From positions 1,814 through 65,813 of the forward strand of contig JAEYRW010000085.1 in the NCBI GenBank assembly GCA_023435435.1: 64,000 nt of DNA, written 5' to 3'. The notes beneath the pieces are model-generated. The model made no database searches. It was not told the origin of the DNA and saw only the letters and a list, made by a program, of their open reading frames with translations. The DNA comes from Bacillota bacterium. GTDB lineage: Bacteria; Bacillota; Clostridia; Christensenellales; Aristaeellaceae. Position numbers and translations under genes: made by a program. Positions 1 to 9,404 of the stretch are shown here, one piece after another. How positions within the stretch are numbered: the first letter of the stretch is position 1; each line of letters begins with the position of its first letter.

Positions 1-60
1 GATCACGCTCTTTCCCACGGACGAGCCCGTTCCCTGGATCATGATACACTTTCCGCGCAT
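1..60 (-). CDS. cbiP: cobyric acid synthase, first 20 codons only (gene runs off the window)
   Basis: Minus-strand ATG at 58-60 preceded by GAGGAG. Translation MRGKCIMIQGTGSSVGKSVI matches the CobQ/CbiP N-terminal MxQGTxSxxGKS loop. Lies next after cbiJ in the operon. Confidence 0.6.
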   Translation of the reverse strand, partial: MRGKCIMIQGTGSSVGKSVI

Positions 61-61
61 G

Positions 62-763
62 TTACTCCTCCTTCGGCCTGCGAATGACCACGACGTGGAT
101 GTCCCGCGCCAGCGCGGGAATGATTTTATCTGTGACGCCGCCCGGCTCGCCCGAGTCCTTTGTGGCCATGACGCGGATTTTCAGCGCGTCGTACAAGGCG
201 GCGTTGAGGGCGAGGGGAAACGGTCCCTGCATGGCGACCACGTGCCCGGGCGGGAGTCCCAACGCCTCGCATAATTGAAGAACGCCCGACGTGGGCAGAA
301 CGCGCGCGAAAACCCGTTCGAGGGGGAGCGTGCGCGCATAGACGGAAAGGGTGTGGCTGCCTGTGGTGAGCAGGATGTTCCCTGCCGTGCGCGCAAGTGC
401 CGCCGCCGCTTCCGCCGGAGAGGAAACCCATTCCACGCCGTCCCTCCACGTGCTGTCCTCGCTGCCCGCGCGGGCGATTCGCCGAAGGGGAACCGCTGCG
501 CGCCGCGCCGCACGGCGGATGTTTTCACGCGCGCGCACGGCAAAAGGGTGGGTGGCGTCGACGATCTCGTCCGGCCTTTCCGCCGCGATCAATTCGCACA
601 TTTCGTCCTCGCCCATTGCCCGGACGACCACCCGCGCACCGGACGGCAAAAGCAGCCGCGCGTATTCGCTCGTTACGCACGCGACGACGCCGTCCCCCGC
701 GCGGAGGCGCTCCTCGGTGGCCGTACGGCCCTCCGTCGTGCCGCCGAAAATCATCACGTTCAT
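62..763 (-). CDS. cbiJ: cobalt-precorrin-6A reductase (CbiJ/CobK)
   Basis: 233-aa ORF with MNVMIFGGTTEGR N-terminus and LLTTGS and ATKDSGxxGG motifs typical of CbiJ/CobK. ATGA overlap with cobD. Confidence 0.85.
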   Translation of the reverse strand: MNVMIFGGTTEGRTATEERLRAGDGVVACVTSEYARLLLPSGARVVVRAMGEDEMCELIAAERPDEIVDATHPFAVRARENIRRAARRAAVPLRRIARAGSEDSTWRDGVEWVSSPAEAAAALARTAGNILLTTGSHTLSVYARTLPLERVFARVLPTSGVLQLCEALGLPPGHVVAMQGPFPLALNAALYDALKIRVMATKDSGEPGGVTDKIIPALARDIHVVVIRRPKEE

Positions 764-1728
764 GAAATTGCCTCCGAAAGTACCCTGACGAGCCGCGCGT
801 TTTCGGCCTCGGTCTTGACCGCGACGCGCAAAAAGCTGTCACCCAACCCGAAGGACGCGCAGGTTCTGACCAAAATGCCTTTGGCCTTGAGCCGTTCCGC
901 CGCCGCGTCCATGGGGCGGCGGAAGTCCGCCAGAAGGAAGTTCGTCCGGGAGGGGAAAACGTCCGCGTCCAGTCCGCGCAATGCCGCCGCCAGCGCTTCC
1001 CGCCGAAGCATGTTGGTTTTGCGATCCTCGTCCAGCTTGTCCAAATGACCGGGCAATTCCCGGGCGATGGCCGCGGCGAAGGCGTTCAGGGACCAGGGCA
1101 CGGCGCACTTTTCATATCCTTTGACCGCCTCGGGCGCGGCGATCAGATAACCCAGCCGCACCCCCGGCACGCACAGCGCCTTGGTGAGGGAACCGACCAC
1201 GACAAGCTCGCCCGCCGCTGCCCGTTCGCGCACGCTGATTTCGGGACAGAAATCCACGAACGCCTCGTCCACGCACAGTTTCGCATCCGACGTTCGTGCC
1301 ATTTCCAACACCCGTTCCCGGGAGAGCGCCGCCCCCGTGGGGTTGTTGGGATTGCACAGGAAAACCGTGTCCCCCTTCTTCGCGTCCCCGGACGCAAGCG
1401 CCCGCCCGCATGCCGCCGCCCGGCGGGCATATTCGCCGAAGGTGGGCGGATGCACGATCACGCGGCCCGTCCCCGCGCGGCACACGCAGTCGATGGCCTC
1501 GATGCCCCCCGCGGTGGGCAGCACGCACGCGGCTGGAACGCCCGCGTACGCCGCGATGCCTTCCCGCGCGGCGCCCATGGCGAGGTCGGGGTAAAACTTT
1601 ACCTCGCCCATGGCGCGCCCGAGGGCGGCCCGCACCCAACTCGGCGGCCCCTCCGGCCGAAGGTTCGCTGAAAAATCGAGCCAGGCATCGGGCGATGCGC
1701 CCTGCCAGACGTTTCCTCCGTGAATCAT
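760..1728 (-). CDS. cobD: L-threonine-O-3-phosphate decarboxylase (CobD, aminotransferase class I/II fold)
   Basis: Motifs IHGGNVW, DFSANLRP, CNPNNPTG and PLP-lysine motif GSLTKALCVPGVRLGY. Start taken at ATG 1728 (GGAGG 8 nt upstream, ATGA overlap with cbiA stop). The ORF-track start at 1821 is an upstream extension. Confidence 0.8.
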   Translation of the reverse strand: MIHGGNVWQGASPDAWLDFSANLRPEGPPSWVRAALGRAMGEVKFYPDLAMGAAREGIAAYAGVPAACVLPTAGGIEAIDCVCRAGTGRVIVHPPTFGEYARRAAACGRALASGDAKKGDTVFLCNPNNPTGAALSRERVLEMARTSDAKLCVDEAFVDFCPEISVRERAAAGELVVVGSLTKALCVPGVRLGYLIAAPEAVKGYEKCAVPWSLNAFAAAIARELPGHLDKLDEDRKTNMLRREALAAALRGLDADVFPSRTNFLLADFRRPMDAAAERLKAKGILVRTCASFGLGDSFLRVAVKTEAENARLVRVLSEAIS

Positions 1729-3029
1729 GGCCATAACCTCCCGATGAGTTCCGGATGGGATGAAAAATGCAGGTGGGGAAAGCCCGCCAGCGCGTTCTTC
1801 CGCGCGTAACCGCATGCCCACGTCTTTTCCGGCGCGCTCGCCTTGCGCACCCGGAACGCGCGGTGAACCGGCTCCGCGGGCTCCGCCACCGCGTGGTGGA
1901 ATTCGTGGGCGGGGTAGGTGAAGCCTGCCTCATCTTCGACGATTGCGTACCCGAAGTGCTGAAGCCTGTCCGTCATGCGGCATTCGATGGGGAAAAAGCC
2001 CACCATCTCCCGCCCGTCGATGGCGCGGGACAGGTACATGAGCCCGCCGCATTCCGCGTAGCAGTAGAGGCCGGATTCCAGCGCGCGGCGCACGCTTTCC
2101 CGCATGGAGCGGTTCGCCGCGAGCTGTTCCGCGAACACCTCCGGAAATCCGCCGCCAATGTACAGCCCGCTGAGATTCTCCGGCAGCGCTTGGTCGCGCA
2201 GCGGCGAAAATTCGGCAATCTCCATGCCGCTTTCCCGCAGCATCCGCAGGTTTTCTTCGTAATAAAACGAGAACGCCTCGTCCCGCGCCACGCCCAACCG
2301 ATATCCCGCGCGCCGCGGAAGGGCGGCGAGGCTTCCCTCCAGCTTCGGGGCCTCCGCGGCCAGGGCGACGAGCATGTCGAGATCCACGGTCGCCCGGGCG
2401 TTTTCCGCCGCGCGCCGAAGTTTTTCCGAGAGCGCGTCCGTCTCTCCGGCGGGCACCAGCCCCAGATGGCGGCTGGGCAGGTCGAGGGCAGCGTCCTTGC
2501 GGAGATATCCCGCGCAGGGAAGGGCGGTGTAGTAGGAAACCGCTTCGCGCACGAGTTCGTAGTGCCGCGCCGAAGAGACGCGATTGACCAGCACCGCGCG
2601 GATGCCGCTCTCAGGCACCAGCGTTTGAAAACCCCGCACCGTGGCGGCTACGCTGGCGGCGCCTCCGGACGCGTCCACCACGAGAACGGCGGACGTTCCG
2701 GTGACGCGCGCCATTTCATGTGTCGAGCATTTGAGGCGCACAGCGTCCAGCCCGTCGTAATAGCCCATCACACCCTCGATGACCGCGATGTCGCTTGCCG
2801 CCTCCGCCCGGGCGAGCACCGCGCGCACGGCGCTTTCACCCATGAGGAATGGATCGAGGTTGTGGGAAGCCCGGCCGCACGCCGCCCGGTGAAAGCTAGG
2901 ATCGATGTAGTCCGGCCCGACCTTGCAAGGCGCGACGGAAAGTCCGCGCGCTTTGAGCGCCGCCATGACGGACAGCGAAACCGTGGTCTTTCCGCAGCCG
3001 CTGGACGCCCCGCCGATGAGAAGCCTCAC
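1725..3029 (-). CDS. cbiA: cobyrinate a,c-diamide synthase
   Basis: VRLLIGGASSGCGKTTV P-loop N-terminus and glutamine amidotransferase half with YAECGGLMYL. GTG start at 3029 overlaps the cbiC stop (GTGA). The 546-aa track ORF is an N-terminal over-extension. Confidence 0.9.
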   Translation of the reverse strand: MRLLIGGASSGCGKTTVSLSVMAALKARGLSVAPCKVGPDYIDPSFHRAACGRASHNLDPFLMGESAVRAVLARAEAASDIAVIEGVMGYYDGLDAVRLKCSTHEMARVTGTSAVLVVDASGGAASVAATVRGFQTLVPESGIRAVLVNRVSSARHYELVREAVSYYTALPCAGYLRKDAALDLPSRHLGLVPAGETDALSEKLRRAAENARATVDLDMLVALAAEAPKLEGSLAALPRRAGYRLGVARDEAFSFYYEENLRMLRESGMEIAEFSPLRDQALPENLSGLYIGGGFPEVFAEQLAANRSMRESVRRALESGLYCYAECGGLMYLSRAIDGREMVGFFPIECRMTDRLQHFGYAIVEDEAGFTYPAHEFHHAVAEPAEPVHRAFRVRKASAPEKTWACGYARKNALAGFPHLHFSSHPELIGRLWP

Positions 3030-3634
3030 GCGCGCACCCCCTCGATGCCGTAGAAAAGCGCGTTCATGATCGCCGCCGCCACGCCGCTGCCCCCGCGCCG
3101 TCCCATGGCGACGATGGCGGGAATGCCGCTCTCCCACAGCCGCTGTTTCACCTCGACGACGTTGACAAAACCCACGGGCGCGCCGATGACGGCGACATCT
3201 TCCGGGAATGGACCGTCGAGCAGCGGCATGAGAAACGTGGGCGCGTTCCCGCACACGAATACCTTCGGCCCTTTTCCGGCAAGCGCGCGCTCCATGGAAA
3301 CCGTCGCCCGCGTCGCGCCCCGGGCCTTTGCCTCCGCCGCGACATCCGGTTCCGCCATGTGGCATAAAAGGCGCACACGCAGCCTTTCGGCGGCGGGCTT
3401 GCTGATCCCGGCCAGCGCCATGTTGGTGTCAGTTACCACCGTCGCGCCGCCTTTCAGCATTTCGCGGATGCGCGGAACGATCCCGTCCGTAAAGCGCAGG
3501 CTTTCCGCAAAGGAAAAATCCGCCGTCGCGTGAATCACCCGCATGACGACGGGCCTTACCTCGTCCGCGAGTGGAACCGTCAGTTCGGATGCGATGATTT
3601 CCATGCTGCGCCGCTCGATTTCGCCGGGCTTCAT
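3026..3634 (-). CDS. cbiC: cobalt-precorrin-8 methylmutase (CbiC/CobH)
   Basis: About 202 aa with the HATADFSF motif. ATG 3634 overlaps the cobO stop (ATGA). Confidence 0.9.
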   Translation of the reverse strand: MKPGEIERRSMEIIASELTVPLADEVRPVVMRVIHATADFSFAESLRFTDGIVPRIREMLKGGATVVTDTNMALAGISKPAAERLRVRLLCHMAEPDVAAEAKARGATRATVSMERALAGKGPKVFVCGNAPTFLMPLLDGPFPEDVAVIGAPVGFVNVVEVKQRLWESGIPAIVAMGRRGGSGVAAAIMNALFYGIEGVRA

Positions 3635-4155
3635 CAAAGCTCAATCCCCCTTCGCGCGCCCACGCCCCGGTCGTATGGGTGGCGGATTTTCATGATTTCA
3701 CTCACATAGTCCGCACGTTCCCGCAAGGATTCCGGCGCGTGCCGGCCCGTAACCACCACCTCGCCGGATTTGAGTCCAGCTTCGACGAGCCGCCACATGT
3801 CCGCTTCGGCGGTCAGTCCCCGGTTCACTGCCATCGCCAGCTCGTCAAACACCATCAATCCCGGTTTTTCCGTGTTCACATCTTCGATCAGCCGCTCGAG
3901 TTGAGCCGTCTGGCGGACGCGTGCCTCGGCTTTTTCTGCGTCCGTCATCCTGAAGGTAAACTTCCCGATGGGCGCGGCCTCGAACACGCGCGCCTCGGAA
4001 AAGCGCGCGAGCGCCGCGAGCTCTCCCGAACGCCCGGTTTTCAGAAACTGTGCCACCAGCACCCGCCGCCCCTGCCCGATGGCGCGCAGCGCCAGCCCCA
4101 TGGCCGCGGTGGTCTTGCCCTTGCCCTCTCCCGTGTACAAATGCAGCAGATTCAT
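3634..4155 (-). CDS. cobO: cob(I)yrinic acid a,c-diamide adenosyltransferase (CobO/BtuR/CobA family)
   Basis: LHLYTGEGKGKTTAAMGLALRA P-loop typical of CobA/CobO/BtuR. ATG 4155 overlaps the cbiD stop (ATGA). The track start at 4167 is a TTG. Confidence 0.85.
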   Translation of the reverse strand: MNLLHLYTGEGKGKTTAAMGLALRAIGQGRRVLVAQFLKTGRSGELAALARFSEARVFEAAPIGKFTFRMTDAEKAEARVRQTAQLERLIEDVNTEKPGLMVFDELAMAVNRGLTAEADMWRLVEAGLKSGEVVVTGRHAPESLRERADYVSEIMKIRHPYDRGVGARRGIEL

Positions 4156-5213
4156 GGTCTCAGCCAACGGTTTTCATCCCCCCGCATGCGCGCACTCGCG
4201 CCAATGACCACGCCCGCAAGATACGCAACGTCCACTTCCAGCGCCCCGCGCACCCGCGCCTCGCAGTACCTTTGCGCGGCGTCCGCCAGGCGCGCCCATA
4301 CGCCGGAATAGCCCGCCCCTTCGATCTCGGAAAGCGCCGCCTCGGTGGTGGCACAGCCGTACACCCGTTCGAGGAGTGCCGCGGGCGCGCGCATCAGCGC
4401 CAGGTGGGCGAGGATGGGCTCCAGCCGCGCGTCGCCGTACTTGCTGTGGGTCTGCATGACCCCGGCGGCGACCTTGGAGAGCTTTCCCGGGTGCCCGGCG
4501 ACGAGCACGCGGGAGAAGCCCTGCCGGGCGGCCTCGTCCAGCGCGAAGCCCACGAAATTGCTCATTTGAACCACCGGAACGCCGGGAAACCGCCGCGCGG
4601 CGGCCTCTTCGCCCTGATTGCCGAAGGCAAGCGCAACCGCGTCCGCGCCGCCCGCACGCCGCACGGAGAGTTCAAGGGCAATCGTCTCCGTAAGCGCATC
4701 CTCGCTCATGGGGCGGACGATCCCCGTCGTGCCCAATACGGACAGTCCGCCCCGGACGCCGAGGCGGGGGTTGAACGTCTTTTTCGCAATCTCCGCTCCG
4801 CCGGGAATGGACACCGTCACCCGTGCGGCGCGGACGGGATAGACGCTCCGGACCGCCCTTTCGATCATTTCCCGGGGCACGGGGTTGATCGCCGCCTCGC
4901 CCGCGGGCACCTTCAGCCCGGGAAGCGTCACGGTTCCCACACCTTCCCCCGCGCAAAACGACACGTTCCCGTCCGCGTTTAAAATCTCTACCCGGGCGCG
5001 TACCTCGCAGCCGTTGGTGGCATCCGGATCGTCGCCCGCGTCCTTGATGACGCCGCACGTGAAGTCGCCCCGTTCGAGGATCTCCGCGCGGAACGCGCGC
5101 CCCGCGGGAACCACGATCTCCACCCGCGCGGGACATTCGCCGTCCCGCCGCCACAGACAGCTCGCCAGCGCCGCCGCCGCGGCGCAGCTTCCTGTGGTAA
5201 AGCCCTCCCTCAT
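4152..5213 (-). CDS. cbiD: cobalt-precorrin-5B (C1)-methyltransferase
   Basis: 353 aa with N-terminal MREGFTTGSCAAAAA, characteristic of CbiD. ATGA overlap with cbiH. Confidence 0.9.
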   Translation of the reverse strand: MREGFTTGSCAAAAALASCLWRRDGECPARVEIVVPAGRAFRAEILERGDFTCGVIKDAGDDPDATNGCEVRARVEILNADGNVSFCAGEGVGTVTLPGLKVPAGEAAINPVPREMIERAVRSVYPVRAARVTVSIPGGAEIAKKTFNPRLGVRGGLSVLGTTGIVRPMSEDALTETIALELSVRRAGGADAVALAFGNQGEEAAARRFPGVPVVQMSNFVGFALDEAARQGFSRVLVAGHPGKLSKVAAGVMQTHSKYGDARLEPILAHLALMRAPAALLERVYGCATTEAALSEIEGAGYSGVWARLADAAQRYCEARVRGALEVDVAYLAGVVIGASARMRGDENRWLRP

Positions 5214-5926
5214 TTGCGGTAGCCCCGGGGCGTCACCAGCCGCCCGTTCATTTGGACGGTCATGCTGTTGCCCACGATGACGGTGGTAAACATGTCGGCA
5301 GGCACTTCCGCGAGCCGGTCGAGGGGAGTGATTCCCTTTTCCCGCCCTTCCCGGGCGATGTTTCTGACCCAGCCGCAGACGGTCGTTCCCGGCAGGCGGG
5401 CAAGAAGGGTCTCTGCCGCCCGGGCGAGGTAATCCGCGCGCTTTTTGCTGGCGGGGTTATAGATGGCGATGGGGAAGTCTCCCCACGCCGCCGCCTCCAG
5501 ACGCCGCCGGATGGTCTCCCAGGGCGTCAGAAGGTCGGAGAGGCTCACGATGGCCATATCCCCCGAAAGCGGCGCGCCGAGAATGGCCGAGGCGGCCAGC
5601 GCGGCGGTGACGCCGGGTACGATTTCCACATCGTCCTCGGGGTCCGTGAGTTCCAGAATCAGGCTCGCCATGCCGTAGACGGAGGCGTCGCCCGAGCACA
5701 CCACCGCGACGGTCTTGCCCGCGCGGGAAAATTCCACCGCCGCGCGGCATCGCTCCACCTCGCCGCGCATGCCCGTGGTGAACGTTTCCCTGTCCGGGAA
5801 TTCCCCACGGATGAGATCCACGTAGACGCCGTAGCCCACGATCACATCCGCCCGTTGGATGGCGCGCGTGGCCTCCCCCGTGCGCATGCCGGAATGCCCC
5901 GGCCCGAGTCCCACGACATAGATCAC
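5210..5926 (-). CDS. cbiH: cobalt-factor III / precorrin-3B C17-methyltransferase
   Basis: VIYVVGLGPG and VVCSGDASVYGMAS tetrapyrrole-methylase motifs. GTG start at 5926 (GGGGAGG upstream) overlaps the cbiG stop. Confidence 0.9.
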   Translation of the reverse strand: MIYVVGLGPGHSGMRTGEATRAIQRADVIVGYGVYVDLIRGEFPDRETFTTGMRGEVERCRAAVEFSRAGKTVAVVCSGDASVYGMASLILELTDPEDDVEIVPGVTAALAASAILGAPLSGDMAIVSLSDLLTPWETIRRRLEAAAWGDFPIAIYNPASKKRADYLARAAETLLARLPGTTVCGWVRNIAREGREKGITPLDRLAEVPADMFTTVIVGNSMTVQMNGRLVTPRGYRK

Positions 5927-6807
5927 GTGTTTTCCTCCCCGGCCAGCGCCAGCGTCATCCCTTTGTGTCTGGTCTTGCCCATCAAAAGCCGCCCGCCGGA
6001 CGCGCACGCCGCGCGCTCGCACACGTTGCCCACGCCCACGGTTTTTTCCACATAGTCGGAGTGGGCGAACGCGCCGGGCACGGCCCGGAGTTCCTCCGCC
6101 GAATGGGTCAGAAGCGGCAGACGGTATTTTTCACAGAAGCGCAGAAGCGCCGCCTCGCCGATCTTCCGGTCGATGGTCGCAAGCGCGCGCACGGACAAGA
6201 GCGTCACGCCGCATGTTTTCAGAAAATCCAGCGCGCATTCCTCGAAGTATCCTTCGTCGACGCCGCGCTTGCAGCCCGCGCCCAGAATGAGGGTGCGCGG
6301 CCGCAGGATCAGCGTCGCGGGAAACGGGGGCCGCAAATCGCGCTCGGTAATCATCACGCCCACCGCCCGGCCCGCGAGGGCGGCAGCGGAGACGGGGGCG
6401 ATCATGGGCGGATTTTCGATGGCGCAGTCGTTTTTTACGGCCCAGACATCCACGGCGGGCACGCCGTTCAGGTCCGTGGCGGTGGTGATGACCGGTTCCG
6501 CGCCCGTCAGTCGGGCGATCTGTTGCGCAAATTCGTTTGCGCCGCCGATGTGCCCGGAGAGGAGGGGAATGACATGCCTGCCCAGTTCGTCCATGACCAC
6601 CACCGCCGGGTCGGTGGTCTTGCTTCTGATGTGCGGCGCGACGGCGCGCACGGCGATGCCGCACGCCCCGATGAACAAAAGCGCGTCGGCCGCGGGAAAC
6701 GCCGAAGCCGCCCATTCCATGGCGCTTTTCGGCCTCTCCACAGGGAAGCCCAGCTTTTCGGCCCACGCCGCGCCCCGGTCGGTGAACGCGGCCGCACGCA
6801 CAGTCAC
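5923..6807 (-). CDS. cbiG: cobalt-precorrin-5A hydrolase
   Basis: 294 aa with LSGHIGGANEFA and a C-terminal LATIDRKxxE...LP motif typical of CbiG. GTGA overlap with cbiF. Confidence 0.85.
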   Translation of the reverse strand: MTVRAAAFTDRGAAWAEKLGFPVERPKSAMEWAASAFPAADALLFIGACGIAVRAVAPHIRSKTTDPAVVVMDELGRHVIPLLSGHIGGANEFAQQIARLTGAEPVITTATDLNGVPAVDVWAVKNDCAIENPPMIAPVSAAALAGRAVGVMITERDLRPPFPATLILRPRTLILGAGCKRGVDEGYFEECALDFLKTCGVTLLSVRALATIDRKIGEAALLRFCEKYRLPLLTHSAEELRAVPGAFAHSDYVEKTVGVGNVCERAACASGGRLLMGKTRHKGMTLALAGEENT

Positions 6808-7550
6808 GGTTTCGCCTCGCGGCAGCCGTGGGAAAACGCGGGATCATAGAGTTTCGAACGCGCGTAATCGCCGTCCAGAAAGCGACCCACCAGCACCAGC
6901 GCGGTCTTCGTGATGCCCGCGCCGAGTTCCGGGAGATTTGCCACCGTGCCGCGCGCGATTTTTTCGTCCGGCCAGCTTGCCTTGTACACGATGGCCGCAG
7001 GGGTGTCCGGAGAATATCCCCCCGCGAGCAGCTCGTCCCGCAGTTTTTCCAGCATCCCGACGCTCAGGAACAGCACCATTGTCGCGCCGTGGGCGGCGAG
7101 CGCGGGGATGTTTTCCCGTTCAGGCACGCTCGTGCGCCCCGCCATGCGCGTGACGATCACCGTCTGGGAAACGTCCGGCAGCGTGTACTCCGCCTCGAGG
7201 GCCGCGGCGGCCGCGCAGAAGGAGCTTACGCCGGGCACGACCCCGAACGGAAGGCCCCGGGCGCGCAGCGCGTCCATTTGTTCCCGGATGGCGCCGTAGA
7301 TGGAGGGATCGCCCGTGTGGAGCCGTACGACGGTTTCCGCCGGGCCGCGCGCCGCCATGGCGGAAACGACCTCCTCCAGCGTCATTTTCGCGCTGTCGAG
7401 GATTCCGCAGTTCGGCCCGCACAGGGACAGAAGCGCCGGATTGACCAGCGAGCCCGCGTACACGACGAGATCGGCGCTTTGCAGAAGCGCCTGCCCGCGC
7501 ACCGTGATGAGGTCCGTGGCTCCGGGACCGGCACCCACGAAATAGATCAT
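6804..7550 (-). CDS. cbiF: cobalt-precorrin-4 C11-methyltransferase
   Basis: MIYFVGAGPGATDLITVRG and HTGDPSIYGA motifs. ATGA overlap with cbiET. Confidence 0.9.
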   Translation of the reverse strand: MIYFVGAGPGATDLITVRGQALLQSADLVVYAGSLVNPALLSLCGPNCGILDSAKMTLEEVVSAMAARGPAETVVRLHTGDPSIYGAIREQMDALRARGLPFGVVPGVSSFCAAAAALEAEYTLPDVSQTVIVTRMAGRTSVPERENIPALAAHGATMVLFLSVGMLEKLRDELLAGGYSPDTPAAIVYKASWPDEKIARGTVANLPELGAGITKTALVLVGRFLDGDYARSKLYDPAFSHGCREAKP

Positions 7551-8755
7551 TGTTTTCCCTCCCAGTTTGCCGACAGGATGAAGACGGGATTCTGGGCGCG
7601 GAACATGCGGGATCCGCCCACGGTCTCGAGCCTTGAAACCGCAATCTGCGCCGCCTCGAAATCGCCCCAGCGGGACAGCCGCTCCGTCAGTCTGTGCGCG
7701 CTTTCGAGGGTGACCGCCGTGGCCACCAGCCGCAGATTCACGCCCAGGCCCTCGATGTGATCAAGGATGGCGTCCATCCCGCCGCCCGTGCCCCCCAGAA
7801 ACACCCGGGCCGGCGTGGGAAGGCCCGCGAATGCCTCCGGTGCGGAGCCGGGTATGACAGTCAGATTTTCCGCACAAAACAGTCGGGCGTTTGCTTCGGT
7901 GAGCGCGCGCGCGTCCGCTTCCCGCTCGACGGCGTAGACCCATCCCGCCGGGCATTGCAGCGCGCATTCCACGGACACGCTGCCCGTGCCCGCGCCCACG
8001 TCCCACACGGCGCAGTCCGGGGTCAGTTGGAGCGCGGCGATCACAAGCCGGCGGATTTCGCGCTTGGTCATGGGCACCTTGCCGCGCTGAAACGCCTCGT
8101 CCGGGATGCCGATGGGCGGAAGCCCACTGACGGGTGCGGGATTCAAGATGCGCGCCATGGAAAGAGCGTCGAATTTTTGCCCGCGCAGCTCATTTGCCGT
8201 GCCGGAGGTAATCCGCTCGTCGGGATAGCTGAGTCTTTCGCCCACCGCGACTTCAACCGCGCCGAGCCCGCAGCGCGCGAACGCCTCGCACGCCCAGCCG
8301 GGGCCGTGCTTCGCGTCGCAGAACAAAAATGTGCGTCCATGGGTTCGCACGGCGTGCAGGAGCGCCGAAACCGGTAAATCCCGTCCGTGGGCCGACAGAA
8401 TTTCCGCGCCCTGCCACGATTCCCGCAGCGCCGCGCACAGGGATTGCAGCGCGCCGACGCCGGGGATGACGTCGAGGTTTTCCGCGCCGAATCTGCGCGC
8501 GAGGGCGGGAAGCAGGCTGAACAGCGCCGCGTCTCCGGACAAAAGCACCGCGCTCTTCGCGCCCGCATGCAGACGCGCCTGTATTGCATCCAGCGCGGCC
8601 GACAGCGGTTCCAGCGGCACGCACTTGCCGCCCGCCAGATGGGCGTGCCGCGCGGCGGCAAAGACGACGTCCGCGCCTTCGACGGCCCGCGCCGCCTCGA
8701 CGGTCATTCCCGCCGCGCAGCCCGGCCCGGCGCCGATCACCGTGATTTTTTTCAT
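7547..8755 (-). CDS. cbiET: fused cobalt-precorrin-7 (C5)-methyltransferase / cobalt-precorrin-6B (C15)-methyltransferase, decarboxylating (CbiE-CbiT)
   Basis: N-terminal half starts MKKITVIGAGPG (CbiE). C-terminal half carries the SAM motif VWDVGAGTGSVSVECA (CbiT). ATG 8755 overlaps the cbiL stop. The 495-aa track ORF is over-extended. Confidence 0.85.
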   Translation of the reverse strand: MKKITVIGAGPGCAAGMTVEAARAVEGADVVFAAARHAHLAGGKCVPLEPLSAALDAIQARLHAGAKSAVLLSGDAALFSLLPALARRFGAENLDVIPGVGALQSLCAALRESWQGAEILSAHGRDLPVSALLHAVRTHGRTFLFCDAKHGPGWACEAFARCGLGAVEVAVGERLSYPDERITSGTANELRGQKFDALSMARILNPAPVSGLPPIGIPDEAFQRGKVPMTKREIRRLVIAALQLTPDCAVWDVGAGTGSVSVECALQCPAGWVYAVEREADARALTEANARLFCAENLTVIPGSAPEAFAGLPTPARVFLGGTGGGMDAILDHIEGLGVNLRLVATAVTLESAHRLTERLSRWGDFEAAQIAVSRLETVGGSRMFRAQNPVFILSANWEGKQ

Positions 8756-9396
8756 GGGCACTCCCGCTTCCTTTTGACGATCACAGTCGTAAAGTATCCC
8801 GCCTCGTCCGTCTCCGCCAGAGGCGCGCAAAATACGTCCGGCATGCCGAGGTTTTGTGCGACATGAGCCTCCCGTCCCGCGCACGCGTCGCGCAGCGCGG
8901 CCAAGGACTTTCCCGCCTTCATGACGACGACGTTTCCGTCGGGCAATTCGTCGCCTGCCCGGTAGCCGGGCAGGATGTGCAGCTTTTCGCGCCCCGCGGC
9001 GAGAGGCACGCCCAGCGCGGCGGCCGCCGCGCACATGGCGGGCACGCCGGGCACGACCTCGAACGGATGGCGCCCGGAAAAAGCATCCATGAAATAGGCG
9101 CAGGAGGCGTAGAGGGAGGGATCGCCGAGCACCAGAAAGGCCATCGTCGCGCCCCGCGCCAGATGCGCTTCGACGGTGCGGGCAGCCTCCGCCCGGGCCG
9201 CGCTGAGAACGGATGGGTCTTCCGTCATCGGAAGGCGCAGCGGCACGAGCACCTTGCCTTCGAGATGTGCCTGCGCGACGCGCGCCGCGACGCCACCGTC
9301 CGGCAAAGCGATCACGTCCGACCGTTCGATTGCGTGAATCGCCTTCAAAGTCAAAAGCTCCGGATCACCCGGCCCGACGCCAACAAAATACAGCAT
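8752..9396 (-). CDS. cbiL: cobalt-factor II / precorrin-2 C20-methyltransferase
   Basis: MLYFVGVGPGDPELLTLKA; 214 aa; AGGAGG RBS upstream. Confidence 0.9.
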   Translation of the reverse strand: MLYFVGVGPGDPELLTLKAIHAIERSDVIALPDGGVAARVAQAHLEGKVLVPLRLPMTEDPSVLSAARAEAARTVEAHLARGATMAFLVLGDPSLYASCAYFMDAFSGRHPFEVVPGVPAMCAAAAALGVPLAAGREKLHILPGYRAGDELPDGNVVVMKAGKSLAALRDACAGREAHVAQNLGMPDVFCAPLAETDEAGYFTTVIVKRKRECP

Positions 9397-9404
9397 GGGT
9401 CCTC

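Noticed and set aside
7547-9034. Long N-terminal extensions given by the ORF track for cbiET, cbiA (to 3365), cobD (to 1821), the permease (to 12103), the hydantoinase gene (to 24522), the lipoprotein (to 14190) and cbiK (to 15179)
   Set aside because: The extensions overlap the upstream genes or the riboswitch and are Arg-rich. Internal starts with an RBS and 4-nt stop-start overlaps fit the family N-termini.
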